This document shows, piece by piece, positions 40,741 through 54,960 of a DNA stretch of 64,000 nucleotides (the stretch's first letter is position 1; every line of letters begins with the position of its first letter). This DNA comes from Dicyema japonicum. Lineage: Eukaryota > Animalia > Dicyemida. A model generated the notes under the pieces. The model did not search any database and was not told the origin of the DNA. It was given only the letters and a program-made list of their open reading frames with translations. A program made the translations under genes and the position numbers. The stretch covers positions 74,823 through 138,822 of the forward strand of contig RDEW01000078.1 in the NCBI GenBank assembly GCA_011109175.1, written 5' to 3'.

Positions 40741-41779
40741 AGTCATTAATGTATAATAACTAGGGAAGAAATTGTCCGGACGACATATCCTTATCCCATC
40801 TAATCACTTTCATAGGTGTGTCCTCAATATATTTCGGTTATTATAATTTTATATTACCTTATTTTGTTACAACTGATAGGATTGGAAATATAATTTTGTA
40901 ATAATGATTTTTCAAAGATAAATAGGGAACCACAACCTTGTAACTGCATTTTACTGTGTAAATGGAATAAAAGTCTAAGAAGCAAAGAATATCGTCGAAA
41001 TGTGAGTTAAAATTTCGTTAACAACTGGTTTCCTTAACTTTAAGCAACTGGGGGCTAATGAATAGATATAAGTTTATCAATATCAAAAACATCCCACGTG
41101 CGTAATTCTTACTGCTCATGTACAACTTGGAATAGCAATAACATCCATAACTGAAAATGTAGTAACACCTATAATACGCTCTCTATTCGTAAAAATGACA
41201 TATTCCTTTCCTTTATTTTGTATTTATATTTTTTATGCTATAATTTGTGTTGAGCAGTTTATTTTCTTAATCTAAGACCAATTCTACAAAAACCCAGAAC
41301 TAAGTGATTCCAACAATTATCAACAGTGTCTTTAACTTTGGACGGTGATTCTAATTTAGTATTGAGAGAACTGTATGATAGAACGGGCATCCCGAACCCT
41401 TTATCCACATTAGTTACTTCAGAAACCACTTAGTCACTTTTATACAATCCAGATTTTTTTCAGTTTTTGCAATGCTCATTTGCAACCATCTTTCTCCTCG
41501 CACTGTCTATTCGTCATAAGCCAGATGTCGTTTAGTCCTTGATTACTCTCTTTTGAAATCGGTCGCCTTCATTTTGTCCACGTTGGTAGTAAGAAACTAT
41601 TCAAACAGTCTTTCTGGTATCACTTTAATTGGGTTACTTCCCTGTCTTGCGAGACAAAGTCCACAAGGTCAGCATAAGCTATGTCAGTTCTCCTTGAGGC
41701 CAAATAAATTACAAATAATATGGGAGATAGGAATTCTCCTTGTGGGGTTTCATTGTCGTTTTGAATGGTTTTGAAAATT

Positions 41780-42400
41780 CTTAACTAACCGTCCAAGAAC
41801 TCCGTATCTGACAGGAGAATTCTTATCAGCTTGGTAGTGGACCTGTCCAGGAAGCTTTCAATAACTTAAATAAGTTTCGGTCGACTGACAGAAGGCAGTT
41901 CAATTCCTAGGATTGTTGTCGCCTTTCAAAGTACAGTTCACTTTCACAATTTACCGCTGAGAGTGCATTGTAGAAATCATCAATTTCTACAGGATTCTTG
42001 TCAATCCACCCACTATTGGGTGCCTACACGTTTATAGCTATAACTCTTAGACGGGAAGATCATTCATTTTGAGTCGAGAACACTAATCCTGTCGTTGATG
42101 CTCCAGTATCGAGATTTAGTGGACGCCAAATTATTCCTCATGGCAAACTCCAAGCCATAGTGCTTCACTAAGATTAGGTGGTAATCTCCACGATGCTTTT
42201 CAAATCCATTAGTCAGTTTAGTCCCCTGAAGGCATACGATATCCACTTTATACAACCAAGAAGCCTTTCAAATATGATTTGCCAATTCGGAATCATATTA
42301 GAATAAGTTATTTGCACTAAACATGTCTCCTGCGAAAATATTGGATCGTAGTGAGTTCAAAACTGTGTGGTTGATGGTAGATGGACAAAATTTGTAACTA
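41780..42400 (-). mobile_element. RTE-like AP endonuclease fragment
   Basis: VDIVCLQGTK, YGLEFA, NDRISVL. Confidence 0.65.
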
Positions 42401-42615
42401 CAACTGTAGTTAAGGTGTTGAAGTCTGTCTTCCTTATTCATCTCAGTATAGGCTTTTTTCAGCGTAACCTATTATAGGTGACAACAACCATTTGTTATCA
42501 AAAACTTAAACAAATCCTTTCTTACAACTGCACACACAATAAAATCATGACCTTTCACTGCCAACAATTAATTATTAACTACAGAAGCACCAAAATGTCA
42601 AAACAAATCATAATG

Positions 42616-44949
42616 TCAAATATAATGACGTGCAGAGTCGATTATACTCTCAGTCAAACTAATAATCTCAGAATTGGAAGTTTTTGCCATCACAAACTTA
42701 AATAAATCGTCCAATTTCTGGAAAGAAATAGCTTCTCGACATATTCTAGGATTACCAGCCAAAATAGTCCCCAACGGACAACAGACAAGTGGTATTCTTC
42801 ACATCAAAGTCAGATAGCCCAACATAATTGTGCAACAAGCCAATAGTAATGTTGAGGGCATCCTCCCCGGGTCCTTCGATAACTTCAGCACAATTATTGC
42901 AGGAAATGGCGACATTGGCCAGCAAGTTAGAAAATGGGACTAAAAATGAGTTCGAAAACTGATTATCAAAGTTTCCAGCAACAATCTCATTAAAGAGCAG
43001 TCCCAGCTTAACGAACACTTTAAGGAAGAAACAACGGGACATTTCGCAGGCCAGTCCATTAGAAATGAACTTTATAACGGGAATGCGGCATTTTATGCAT
43101 TTTCTGTACCACTCCGCCAAAAAACCGGCAAAATCATCCTCACTGAAACAAAACAGGAGAGTACACGCCTCCAGGGAGTGAGTGAGAACCATAAACCTGA
43201 AAAGATCCACCACCGGGAATATCATCTCTAAGATAAGACCAGGACATCACCAGCAGGCCAATAAATCAGCTTCTTCAAAATCGGGTTCATTCCATTAGCT
43301 GATCTGTTCACGTTAAGAATGACCTCCAACTCACTCCTAGTCAGTTGTCCCTCCTCCGTTACAAACTGAGAGAACTCAGTAAGCTTATCTGCCAATAAAT
43401 AACCCCAAAACTAGTCATTCCAGTCAGCTGAAGGGACGAATATGTGAAATACGTCTTCAGTGGTACAAACCGTGGTTTTTCCTTCCCTGAAGCGTCAAAT
43501 TAAAGCACAAACTTGTCTGTTTAGTATTCGTAACCAAAAAGTCAACGATTTGGTCATAATAGAAGGCGGGTAGCTCGTTGTCAAGGATAAATCTCTGAGC
43601 AGCGAATTCCACAGTCTCTGAACGATTGTATGGAAGCTTAAGGCTACTATTAGGGAGTTCTTCCAACTCAACGTCAAATACGTAGTCATAATCCTAGAAA
43701 TTACAAACAATGGACCTTTCCTTTATAATTTGGACGTGTGCTGGCATCCTTTACCTTCCCAACCTTATTCCACTTAGAATCCGACCAATTGAACACAGTC
43801 ACAGCCCCATCCTCAGTCCGTACCATCCTCATCTCCCCTTCATGGTCCCCTTTACTAACCATCAATCTCAACCCCTCTGTTGCAGACTCTCCAAACCATG
43901 AATGTCCTCACTATCTAGTTCTCCGACCTGCATTGGGATCGACGAGCCAGCCACTTCGGCATTAAACTCATCCTCCATGGCTTTACCCCCAAATCTGGCT
44001 TCATCCGCCGAAAAAATCCGGATTTTACCGTCTCTACCAATAAAGTCATCAAATTACGATGACCCAGTAATTATATCTCCATTTTCGGAAGAGTCGACAG
44101 TCCAAACTGACTGGGCCGGAAGGACAATCGAGCTAACACAACATCCTCCCCTCCATACTCTAAAAGTCCGGTCTTCCCCGGCAGAGACAAAGCTGTTGTA
44201 CTGCACTACTCGTAATTTTACAGAATTACAGTCGTTTTTTGAGATAATTCACGGAATATACGTAGTTGGTGTGTCCCGTGAAGGTTTCCAGGGGATCAGA
44301 GCACTCATGATGCCAGCAACGGACTGTCCCATCGTTGGAACAGCTGAGAAAGGCGTCGAAGGTATTGTCCACCGCCAATCCACGGACACAGTCGGTATGA
44401 CCTAAATTTTCGAATAAGCTAACCTTCAAATGTGCGAATCTGAAGGTCATTTGCCACATTTTAAATGGTTTTGTCGGCAGATGCAGTCAGAAAGAAGGAC
44501 TTGTAGATAGCCACCGCCCAGACTGCCTGTGTGTGCCCAGCAAGTGTGAATTTCTTAGTAAAGTTCTCCCAAATTATGGCAGTAAAATCTAAGGAACCGC
44601 TTATAAGCACATCCTTATCTCCAGAAAGACAAGTAACAGCATTCACGTGACCTTGAAGTGAGAAAATTGGCTCTTGGGAAGTCAGCTGGAAGACACGGAT
44701 GTTTCCATCATAACAACCGGTATAGAAAAGTCCTGTAGGATATTCGTCAGTGGATTGAATGAAGAAGACGGCAGAGATGTATTTTGGGTGAACACAGGTG
44801 GAGTATATTTCATCGTATTTGTTGTCTTTGAAAAAATATCTTTTGGCGGTAAAGTCGCGAGAACATGATTGGAAGGAGACTGAAGAGTCTATGAAAACAG
44901 AGCGGACATCCGAGTTGTGTGATCTGATGGATTGGCTGATCTTGTACAT
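42616..44949 (-). CDS. PLAA: Phospholipase A2-activating protein / Doa1 (WD40-PFU-PUL), multi-exon
   Basis: HNSDVRSV, GHVNAVTCL, SGSLDFTA, GHTQAVWAV, GHTDCVRGL, SCSNDGTVRCW, GHTNYVYSV, LKLPYNRSE..AAQRFILDNELP..YYDQIVDF (PFU), IFPVVDLFR (PUL). Confidence 0.92.
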
Positions 44950-45029
44950 TACACCTCACAGGTTTTACAATTATTTATTTTAAGTATATTTGCATTCAAA
45001 ATTATATTATTATTTTTATAGTCAAATGG

Positions 45030-47320
45030 TTGCATTTTCACGCTTAATATTTGAATATCTGCTTTGAAGTTACTTTCGTCTCTTGTAGGCACCCAATAGA
45101 TACGTCGTATCTCTCCAGGTCGTCACAGAGAATCTTCCTCGATCAGGTCGTAGATAAGCCTCTAGCATTGAACGTAAGGACCTTTAGACGAGATGCATCC
45201 CTTTGTATCCATTGCCTTTTAGACATTTTTCTCAATTGCGATCCAATCAAAACGAGGCACGTCACCACCTCACCAATATCAAAAAATCTAATAAATGCCG
45301 ACGACCTGGACAGGGGAGCATGGAAAAGGATGACATCTAACCATGTTTCTTTTGCTGCACATGCAAATTAGTATGGCTCTCGTGAAGTGCTTAAATAAAA
45401 TAAATATCTGCTTTGAAAAGCATATAAAAATACGACTCAAAAACAAATCCCTACTCTAGATGCCCGAACATATATGGAGGAACGCTAACATCGAGTGACC
45501 ATAAACTAATGGTAATCAAACTTCTAAAGAGAAGATTTTGGATTAAGAGTCAAAAACAGACACAGAGAAGTTAGATACGCAGTCGAACTCTTAAGAAACG
45601 ATCCTGTCCACAGAAATAACTATTCAGCTAAAATATCACAAGCCATAGAATCGATCAATCTCAATCTACCTGCTGGAAGTTCATGGAATAAACTCGTAAA
45701 CAAAATAAAATCAGTGTCTACTCACACGATTGAGAATTTCCAAAACCTCAAAGGAATACACGACCCACATATAAATCACCTCTCCCATTTACAAAAGGAT
45801 CTACGTGTCAAATGCATGAACACCCACAACAAAGTGAAAGCAACTGAGTTTAAAATCCAAAGAAACAAAATTGTGAGAAATCAAGAAAAAATGTCAGATA
45901 AACCACGAAACAGAGCTACAAAACCTACAAATAAAGTAGGAAAGTACAAACACGAAGCGCAAATGTATGCGTCTGTAAAGATGCTAGCGCGAAAGAAGAA
46001 ATCTGAAAATCTAACAGTTCATGATGAACTCGGAAGAACCATTTACAACAACCAGATGAGTCCCCAGAAAGTATCACCAGAAATAACTTTAACAGAAGTT
46101 AAAAAGGTTGACCAGACTAAATAGCTCAAAAGTACCAGGCCCAGATAATGTTAATGCAGAGCTCATAAAAACGCTCCTGAAGAGTTTCAAAAACTCATCA
46201 CTCACATTCTGAACAAAACTTTTGAGGAACACTCCAGAATTAACATCGGAATCGGAAAATTAATCCCCTTACATAAAATGGGAAAGGAAAAAGGAAAGCT
46301 AAACAGCTTAAGACCAATCATACTACTCTACTCACTGCGCAAAATTATATCGCTAATTGATCTGGACAGAATAAAAGTCCCACTACGTGGATTTATCGGA
46401 GCTAGCGGGTTTGTCTCTGGAAGATTAAGTGGGTTTGTCTCTGGAAGATTAACCTCCGATACCGTTTGGAGCCACAAATGGATGTGTGCTTCATGCCGAA
46501 AATATAAAGAGGAGTACCACAAATATTAACACCACTACTCGAGGAATATTGCATCGGAATAATTCGTTATCTACTCTCCTCCACTCAACTATTTATCCAG
46601 CTCGAAATCAGAAATCCAGAGTATTTAGAACAAACAAGGGCACCCTCTTAAGGAGACGCCCTATCCCGGTCTTATTCATCGCATATCTGAGACAACCCTA
46701 TGACAGATCTCACGGCAACAGACCACCAATTAGAAGGTATTATCGACAAATTGGCCAAAATATTTGAAAAATCATTCTAAAAATTAACACAAGAAAAGAA
46801 TATACTATAGAGAAATGATGCAAACAACGACATGAGGAAAAATGGAGGCATATGAAAAAACTTGGCACTCTTTTAGGAGATACAGAAGACATACTATGTC
46901 TGAAATGGAATGTCTGAACTCCTTTCATAGAATGCAGCTCAGACACATTCTAAGAATTTCCTGGCCGAAGCACATCTCAAACGAATGCCTCTATTCCCAT
47001 TACAACATCCACCCATTGGACGGAAAAATTAGAAGTAACAGATAGGTCTTAAAAATGAACAGGAATACTTCCGCTAATCTCGTGATGGAACATCACTATG
47101 CTCCTCATCCGGGATCGACTTTCAGGGGAAGACCACGAATCACTCTACCAATTCTTCTACATCAAGACCTAACTTCGATTGGGAAAAGGGTTGACGTCGG
47201 GAGATGATCTTGAGCACCTGAGGGACCTATCGAGGAACAGAGAAAACTGGAAGCGATTAACAAAATTAGCCTCTCCAGTCCTATGGGATATCATAGTTGT
47301 CTTCTAGATGTCGAGACAAA
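45030..47320 (+). mobile_element. RTE-like LINE (APE + RT + 3' end), decayed
   Basis: SDHKL, STRPDNVNAELIK, NSLRPIILL, LNSFHRMQLRHILRISWP, FRGRPRITLP; includes an in-frame 24-bp tandem duplication at about 46407-46452. Confidence 0.85.
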
Positions 47321-47395
47321 CTAACAAAAAAATAAATTGTTTGTTTTTAAAATTAAATGTTGTTTTTAAATATTTTAAAATTAAAGTATATTTAA

Positions 47396-50300
47396 ATGTC
47401 AAAATTTGCCGTTACGGCGTGCTTAATAGACGAATCCGATATATTTGTCTGTATTTTTCATTATAATTAAAGGTGAGTGTTCGAACGTATATTGGAAGCA
47501 CGATGAGTGGGTTTTAGTGGGAAAAAATATATTAAATAACAGCACAATTCACGGAATTTGCATACAAAAAGGCACAGAAAAGGGATTAATTTTTTTTGGG
47601 TCGAATAAACTTTCCGTAACTTCCTTCAATGAGGGTTTTGGCAATTTTACTGAAAGTCTAGATTTGGTGGACAAGCTAATTGTGAAGCAAGGATTCCCTT
47701 TGAAGCTTGAGGACAGAATCCTGGATTGTGCTTTCAGTAGCTGTGAGAATTTATTGCTGTATGTTCTAATGTCTCATGGGCAAATAATTACCCTTGGTCT
47801 CCAAGATTTATCGATTATCGGAGTTTTTACCTCTGGTGAGATCCCCATACTTTATTCTGGCAAGTTTCAATAATTCTGGCTTGGCCGTTGGAGGGAGTGT
47901 TATGGGAATAATTTTCGTTCTCAACGGGACTATGCTCTCTCCAAAGTGTGCCACAAAGTCTTATTTATTCTTATTAGAAGGGACCGATTCTCCTCTATAG
48001 ACTATGCTGAGCCATATCTGGCATCCGTGGCCGACGACCGTTCGATAAATCTGATGGAAATGTTCAATGGAAAAATTTACTCACGTGTTTTCTTCCTATG
48101 GTCACTTCGGCCAGAATTTGGGGATAAAAATAGTCAAAAAACATAACTACCTACTCAGTTTGGGTGATGTAGTCTCCTGGTTATAAACCTAAGGACTCAC
48201 GTGTATGTGTGTGGAAATTCAGCGCATCGGGAGGAGCCCTTCTTTTCAAAATTCGACAGCATCCACGTGTCTCCTCTCTATTCGATATCAGTTCACCCCT
48301 GAAGACCTGTTCATTACGGGAGTGCGGACTCCTCGGTACAGGAATACCGCCTCGATTCTTCCCCAGATTTACAGTACTTCGATATTCTACAGTAATACTC
48401 ACATTATTTCTACTTAGAACGAAGAAGCTATGAGTTTCTACTTTATCAGCCGGGAAAGATTTATCTGCCTCATAAAGGAGAGTAAATCCTCTAACGAAGC
48501 TTTGTGGTACCTGAAATGATTATTTAAGGCACATACTGAATTTAATGTCAAATTTGGAGGAAAAGACGGGTAATTCACACTTTCTCAAAGCGGATTCTTA
48601 TTTCCGATATTTTTGACGAGGACATGGTCGCTGTTGCAGAAGAAGGGAAACTTACACTGGAAAATAGACGATTGGCTGAATCACGTGAATGTAGGGCCAC
48701 GTGTGAAGTATATCGAGTTGTTGATAAGCAATCTTCTCTCTTATTAGCCTGGATTGCCCAAAAACTGGAGAAGATACATTTTATGCTCAACTGCTACGGG
48801 AGAGGTTGTCTTTCGTTTATGCTGGCTATTTGTTTGGTTAATGAAGTGGCTATCAGTATTACAAGACTCAATTACCGTGTCTGGTCGGTTCAGGCCCAGC
48901 TGCCTGTTTGACTCGTCTCGTAGTCGGTGATAGAAACGGATCGTCAGAATCAGAACCATTCACCAGCTTCACCCGAATTCATGAATTAACGACGTCTCTT
49001 GTGTAACTTCTGATGGGACTTCATTTTACTGCAGAAGGATGGATATGTAAACATCTTCGTGCATAATGAATCCGTGCAGCAATACGGAGGTTTAGGTTAG
49101 TTGATTTCTTTATGTTTCAGCGATTCCGAATTCCACGTGGATTGTCTTCTTAGAGAGCTTAGAGGATCTAGTGTGTTTTTCGGATTCCAATCAGTACTCA
49201 TTATCTAATTTAAGGGGGATGTAGTCGGCTGTGACTCCATGTCGAGTCGGGAATTGACTAGAATTCCATGTGGAGGCAGTAAACGGGCTTTTTCTTTGCA
49301 CGTGTTCGATGGTCTGAAAGTGGAATATTTATTTGTATCTGCCCAGCCAGACAGAATTTTAGTTCAGTGTAGTTCCCTGTATAAATGGGAGAGGACCATC
49401 AAAGTTGAGTTTTTTTGGCATTTAGGAATCTTTATTGCCGACCGAATCAACTCATTGGTGGTTCTTAGGTCGGATTTTTCTGCTCAGAAGCACGTAGTGG
49501 CCTTTGGTGGAGAAGGAAGGTCGGTTATTCTCGTGGAATTTGGTTGCTTTGATAATTTACTGTTTGGACAGCAGAGAATGGTAGTGAGTATCAGGAATGC
49601 AAGAAAATGAATGTATTTCCTCTGACGATTCACAACAGCAGTGTTTTCGCGCTTTCTGCTATCAATTTGACGGGTTATGGTCAGCTGTTGATTGTTTCCG
49701 GGGCACGTGGACAGATTAGTGGGTGGAGAATTGATTTGGGTGGGAACATCACGAAATTATACGATGGATTTATTAAGGAAGGCGCCAAAAATTTGTTCGG
49801 CTTCCTTCGAAGGTCCAAAAATGGAGTAAATGACGGAGATTATAAAGTCAACGCTGTTACTGTGCTTCAGACTGGTCCTCCCCTGATCATATTCTCTGTG
49901 CTGTTGGGTCTGACGGATCTGTCAGAGTCTTTCAATATTCTGGGTCAAACCACAGAATATTATCCGTCAGTAAGTTTGAGGACAACAATTGTCTGCTTTC
50001 CGTGACCGCTTTATTTGTTGGTGGTTCACTTGTAGTTGTTACGGGGAATACTAGGGGACAAGTCCAAATAAGAGTCCTCTCTGATTCTTTTGGTGAGCTT
50101 AGTCTTAGTACTCTGAATGTACTTTCAGCGGGAGTCAATGCTCTGGATGTGAAGGAAGTGGAGTCATCCACGTGGTTGATTGCAGCTGCTGGGGACTGTG
50201 GATCGGTTGTTATGCTTCGGAATACGGAAGAGTATGCGCGATTTGAACGAGCACACTATGCTGCTGTGATGGGACTTGTGTTTGCTGGGGGATGAGGTTG

Positions 50301-50510
50301 GTCAGTGGAGGAGCCGATCAGAGAGTGTGCTTGTGGAGTTGCAAAGACGGTTTGTCAATGTTGGGAGAGTGGTCAACATCTGTGGCGGATTTATCGGGAA
50401 TGAGACTTTTGATGTTGTTTTTTCGCTTCAATTATAGGGATGGAAGGGAGATTACTGTTGTGTTGGCAGGAAAGGGATTTGAAACATTAAAACTGACTTT
50501 ATGTTGTTGA
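47396..50510 (+). CDS. WDR6: WDR6/Trm734-like WD40 protein (multi-exon)
   Basis: ASVADDRSI, CGGSKRAF, SAGVNALDV, AAGDCGSV, AHYAAVMGL, LVSGGADQRVCLW, STSVADL, GKGFE resemble WDR6; tiny GT-AG introns. Confidence 0.7.
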
Positions 50511-52529
50511 ATATAATTTTTTATATTCGTTTATTGTTATTACCAAAGTTATTTGTTTAATTTTATTTTAAAATAATATTAATGTATTTAATAAGAAAAG
50601 TGTTTATATAAAAAGTTATAGACAATTTTTGTTTTTTAGGTCATAGCGTGTAATTTAACTCAGTAATAAAAATGACCCTTCCTTGAAAATGGCTTTTATG
50701 GAAAATAATTGGCAACAATTTTTCTCTGTGGAGGGTTGTGATTATTAATTCCACGTGCAGTGAGTTTACATAAATGTGTAGTAGTCGAGTGGGAAGAATG
50801 AAATCCTCTGGGAAACGGAAATTGGATGGTAAGGAGTGATTAGTTCCATGATCTTTTAAAACACTGACAGAAGAGAAATCGGTCGTAAGGATGAAGGATC
50901 TGAATGGTCACAGTGAGTCTTCAAAATAGGGATGATAGTGGATTTTTCCAAAGCATTGGGACTCCGTGATTGACTGAGTATTCGATTAAATTAGTTAAAG
51001 GATGTAATTCTTTGACTGAGAATTTTAGATGGTGAATGACAAGACCGTTGAACTTCTACCATTCGAGTTTAGTGAGTTAACGACAAGTAATTAAAGACTG
51101 CGAATAACGATGAACCTGTTGTATTGTGTACATGTCTTTTACAACAGATTCCTTTTTGCTTGAGAGACCAGTTGAGTAGTATTGAGGGGACATCTGTCTA
51201 GAGTGTATCTTCTTGAGGGTTCTCCAAAGACAAGGGATACAGTATTATCGTCTATAGTCATTCCAATCACTGGTCTTGTATTTGAAGATTAGGTCGTTCA
51301 TTGATTTCACATATTCTTCCCTCACCTGAGTTCATCGATTCATCCTCTTGCGTTCTTCGAAATGATTGATTTTCACGATTAACGATGAAACCACGAGGAA
51401 TAAATTTTTGTCGGCAGTAATTAGACAGTTTGTGAAAAACTCTACGGCAGCATCAAAAGAGCGGAAAGAATGCAAGAAAAGTCATTGAGTACGCGTTCGG
51501 TCTAAGATCCCACTTTTCACGTTTATAGTCCTTTTCTTGTCAGCCTCCGAGTTCTGCACAGCACCAAATACACCTGACAGATCTCTGGGAACGACTGCTC
51601 TTGACTATGACGCACTAGTTAGCCACCGGTTTCCATCACTCAAAGGGACCGGGGGTGATTATTGGAACTGATAACTCAGTATGGTGACGACACGGTCATT
51701 AATCAGAACGAGGAGCGAATAGAGGAAGCGAAACAGAGCCATTCTAAGACTGAATATGGTTAGTCTTATTTCCAATATATTACTTAATAAAAAAACTATA
51801 ATTAAAATTTATTAAAAATTATGTTAATTGAAGTTATAATTTATTCTTTGGTTCACCGAATAAAGTTTTTTAGTTAGGGTTTCAGTTGAATTAGGCTCTT
51901 TCTCATCCGCATTTTCTTAATTGCCTTTAATTGTGTTCTTTTGGGAATTGGGGCACTCTGAGGCTTAGATTTTTTAATACATTCCTCAACATTAATGAGA
52001 ACTGTCCATCAGTCAATTGGATTATTTTATTTCCATTTAGACAATTCATTTGGATGGGGTGGTATTCGAAACTTTGATTCATCCTATGCTTCATATGTAC
52101 GAAAGGTCCAATATCCAATGTTCTCTGAGTCCATCAAGATAGGGACAGGGGTTATATCTAGCTGTCGGAGATAAAGACTTTAAATGCACTATGTTAAACA
52201 ATTTACCAAAAAATATAATGATTTACCCAATTTTTTTCAAATAATCGTTAGATTTAACTTATTGGGGGTTAAATTTTAGCAATGGCAGGTTCTAAGAGTT
52301 ATCTTATACAAGAAAGGTGCTCTGAAGAGCCATCCGTTGGTTCTTTTGTAGTTCCTGTTATGCGTTCAGATTTCTAATATAACCATCTCATTTTGAAAAT
52401 GTAAATTCTTGACCTCCTCTAATTCTGAGACAACTCCAAACTGGATGCTGAATTATAGGCTGATTCCCTTAGTTCTAATATCGCTGCCGTACATTCCGTC
52501 TGAAGGTTCCACATATCAACAATGCCTTG

Positions 52530-53990
52530 ATTGACGAGTGACCCCGTCATCAGTGAAAACTTCACCGCGAACCGGATCGTCTACAAAAGGATCACACCCA
52601 ACATAAAGAAAGAAGTGAAGAGCATACTTTGGGTCTCCCTCATCGATTAGTTATGATAACTGTTTTTTGCTTAAATAAAGTGCGTCTGGGAGGAGCTATA
52701 GGTGGCTCTGCATAAAGTGCGGTATTTATTTATTTTATTATACTACTCCAAGTTAAAAAGAGTTGCAGGCACACGCTAATTGACAGTTACCACTCGTGAT
52801 AAGTCGAGGTTTTAGAGGGTACATCGTCATTCATGGTTCACTCAGACGTTGGCTTAGGATAATTTAGAATATTTTGATTACGTACTTCAGGGTCAAGGAT
52901 ATGTCGACATCGAACAGTTACTGCACATGTTTTGAGTCGTTCCTATATCTGGAAATTGGGGGATATGAAGATTCAAGTATCATCGACGATCATTTCCCTA
53001 AATCACTCATCTTAACTCCATGACCTATAAATGAATTTATTACATTAAGAAACAATCAAACGGGGGTTATACAGTACCCGCCCTGAATGCGTGGCTATTC
53101 CCTCTCAGATGGCAAATGATCTTCGCTCAAATAACCACCAGCGCTCACGGAGATCTCTCTCCGTGGAAAAGGTCACTAAACTGTATTGGTATCGATGAAT
53201 TTACTTATAATCAATAACTACAACAATTTATGCGTAAACTATGCTCTGGAGAATTACATGAAGCATCCTTGAATGCTGATCCTTTCACATACGTTGACCT
53301 CACGACCGGATTACTTGAACTGACATTATAAACTACAGCGGGATATTATAAAGACTTGAATCTGTGGATCATCGAGAAAGACTGATTCGATTGTCCTGGT
53401 CAAATTTGATGACACGTGGGATAGTCTAACATTTTATTTGCTTATTTTAGTAATTCATGACTGGTGCGGCTTCTACGATTGATTTAAAGGCCAAGTACGC
53501 GAACGCTGAATGGAAGATCTCAGTTCTGACGACTGCAAATTTTACAGATATTTTTCATGTCCCCACTTTAACAAGTCATTACAGTCCAAAAGAGGTGTTT
53601 TCAGGCGTCCCTCTCTTGTTTCCAACTTGGCTAGAAAATTTGGAGGATCATCTATTAATCTTTACTTCTACAACCACCAATCAGTATGTAAGGCCGCAGT
53701 ATCTTGTAGTAACCTTAGCATCCTAAGTACTCCCATTGTTGGAGGTAATTGTTGGTAATATTCAGGTTCTTGTTGGGTGGCTTCCCCTAAAAAAACAGGG
53801 AGATCACCCCTTTTTGAGAAGTTCAAAGAGTCAAGTGAATGCATTAGTGGTGTTGATGTTACTGAATCCCTTGGCCATTCATCGATTTCAAACTCACGTG
53901 GTAACCAATATAACGGAAATATTGAAATGATCTCTTCGTTGAATGAGGATTTGAAAGATTGCCGGCAACTACGACTTGATATTTTCATCA
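52530..53990 (+). mobile_element. Heavily decayed LINE RT remnant
   Basis: EVFSGVP near 53590; N-terminal DPVISE..NRIV homologous to 55905 and to 35372-35596 (minus strand). Confidence 0.45.
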
Positions 53991-54506
53991 ATTAGTTAAT
54001 ATATGCAGCTACCATTTAACAAAATAACCTAAAAATTAATAAATATTTCTTTCTAATGCCTCTTAAGTATCACAGGAAGTCTGCAGTTATAAGTTCCTAT
54101 GCTATGGCCACGTGGGGGATAAATCTGGGTAAAACAAACTAAGACTTTTATACATAAAATTTCCAGCTGTGTGAGTAAAGCGACCCCTTCGAGGTCAAAG
54201 GAGGCAATCCTATGTAATCGTATATACTGTTAAAACACGTGTTGGAGTTATAAAAATAGTAATTACCCACTTTTGTGAAATCAAAGTAAGCTGCTGCTCG
54301 GATAAGTACAATCAATGAATTTCGCTTGTAATAAAGTAACAATCAATATTTTTAATTACTTTTAATCTGCACATTGATATTATAAGTGACCCTATTATTG
54401 GAGACATTCCGTCCGCACAGGAATGATGACCAACAATCGCAAGTTATTAGATAGATGGGAATATAATCGTATTTTTAGAATTTGATAGAAATCAAATGAA
54501 ACAGAC

Positions 54507-54926
54507 CACGTGTCTCTATATAATAATTTATTTCAATTAAGGTAATCGACCGTTCATATTCCAACCACGTGCCAATCCAGCTTATGCTTTTCTTTTAGTA
54601 ATCTTATACCTGAACAACTAATAATACGTGACTCCACGTGGTTACAATGAGCTCAAACAAAATATCGAAGTATTTCCATTACAGTTAGCTCAAGCACGTT
54701 ATCTTAATCGATTAGTTTACTCCCAAAATAATTGCTTAGTTAATTACAGAACTCCCACGTGACTCACAAAAAGACGAACATTATACAGGTAGCCTAAGCA
54801 CGTGGTCGTTATTGAATAATTTTTGCTATAACACTCGATTTTCTAATCACAGAATTCAAGCACGTGGTCTAAAAGGAACTAAGTTAGGGAAAATATGATT
54901 GTTAATGTGATGAGCTAAAGCACATG
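54507..54926. promoter_or_regulatory. Periodic array of E-box-like CACGTG motifs (about 60-bp spacing) with unique spacers
   Basis: CACGTG at 54507, 54566, 54635, 54756, 54799, 54861; variants TACGTG 54625, CACGTT 54695, CACATG 54921. Confidence 0.7.
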
Positions 54927-54960
54927 GCATAAAATAAATAACAAAATGTAAAGAAAATAG

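Noticed and set aside
52530-52562. Hammerhead ribozyme or box C/D RNA (CTGATGA on the minus strand; also 55905 and 35525)
   Set aside because: No GAAA follows stem II and no stems I/III are evident. The three copies are conserved as peptide (D[AP]VIS[DE]..N.IV), which indicates LINE coding remnants.
54507-54926. CRISPR array
   Set aside because: The repeats are short and degenerate, spacing is not constant, there are no cas genes, and the context is eukaryotic. Kept only as an E-box array.
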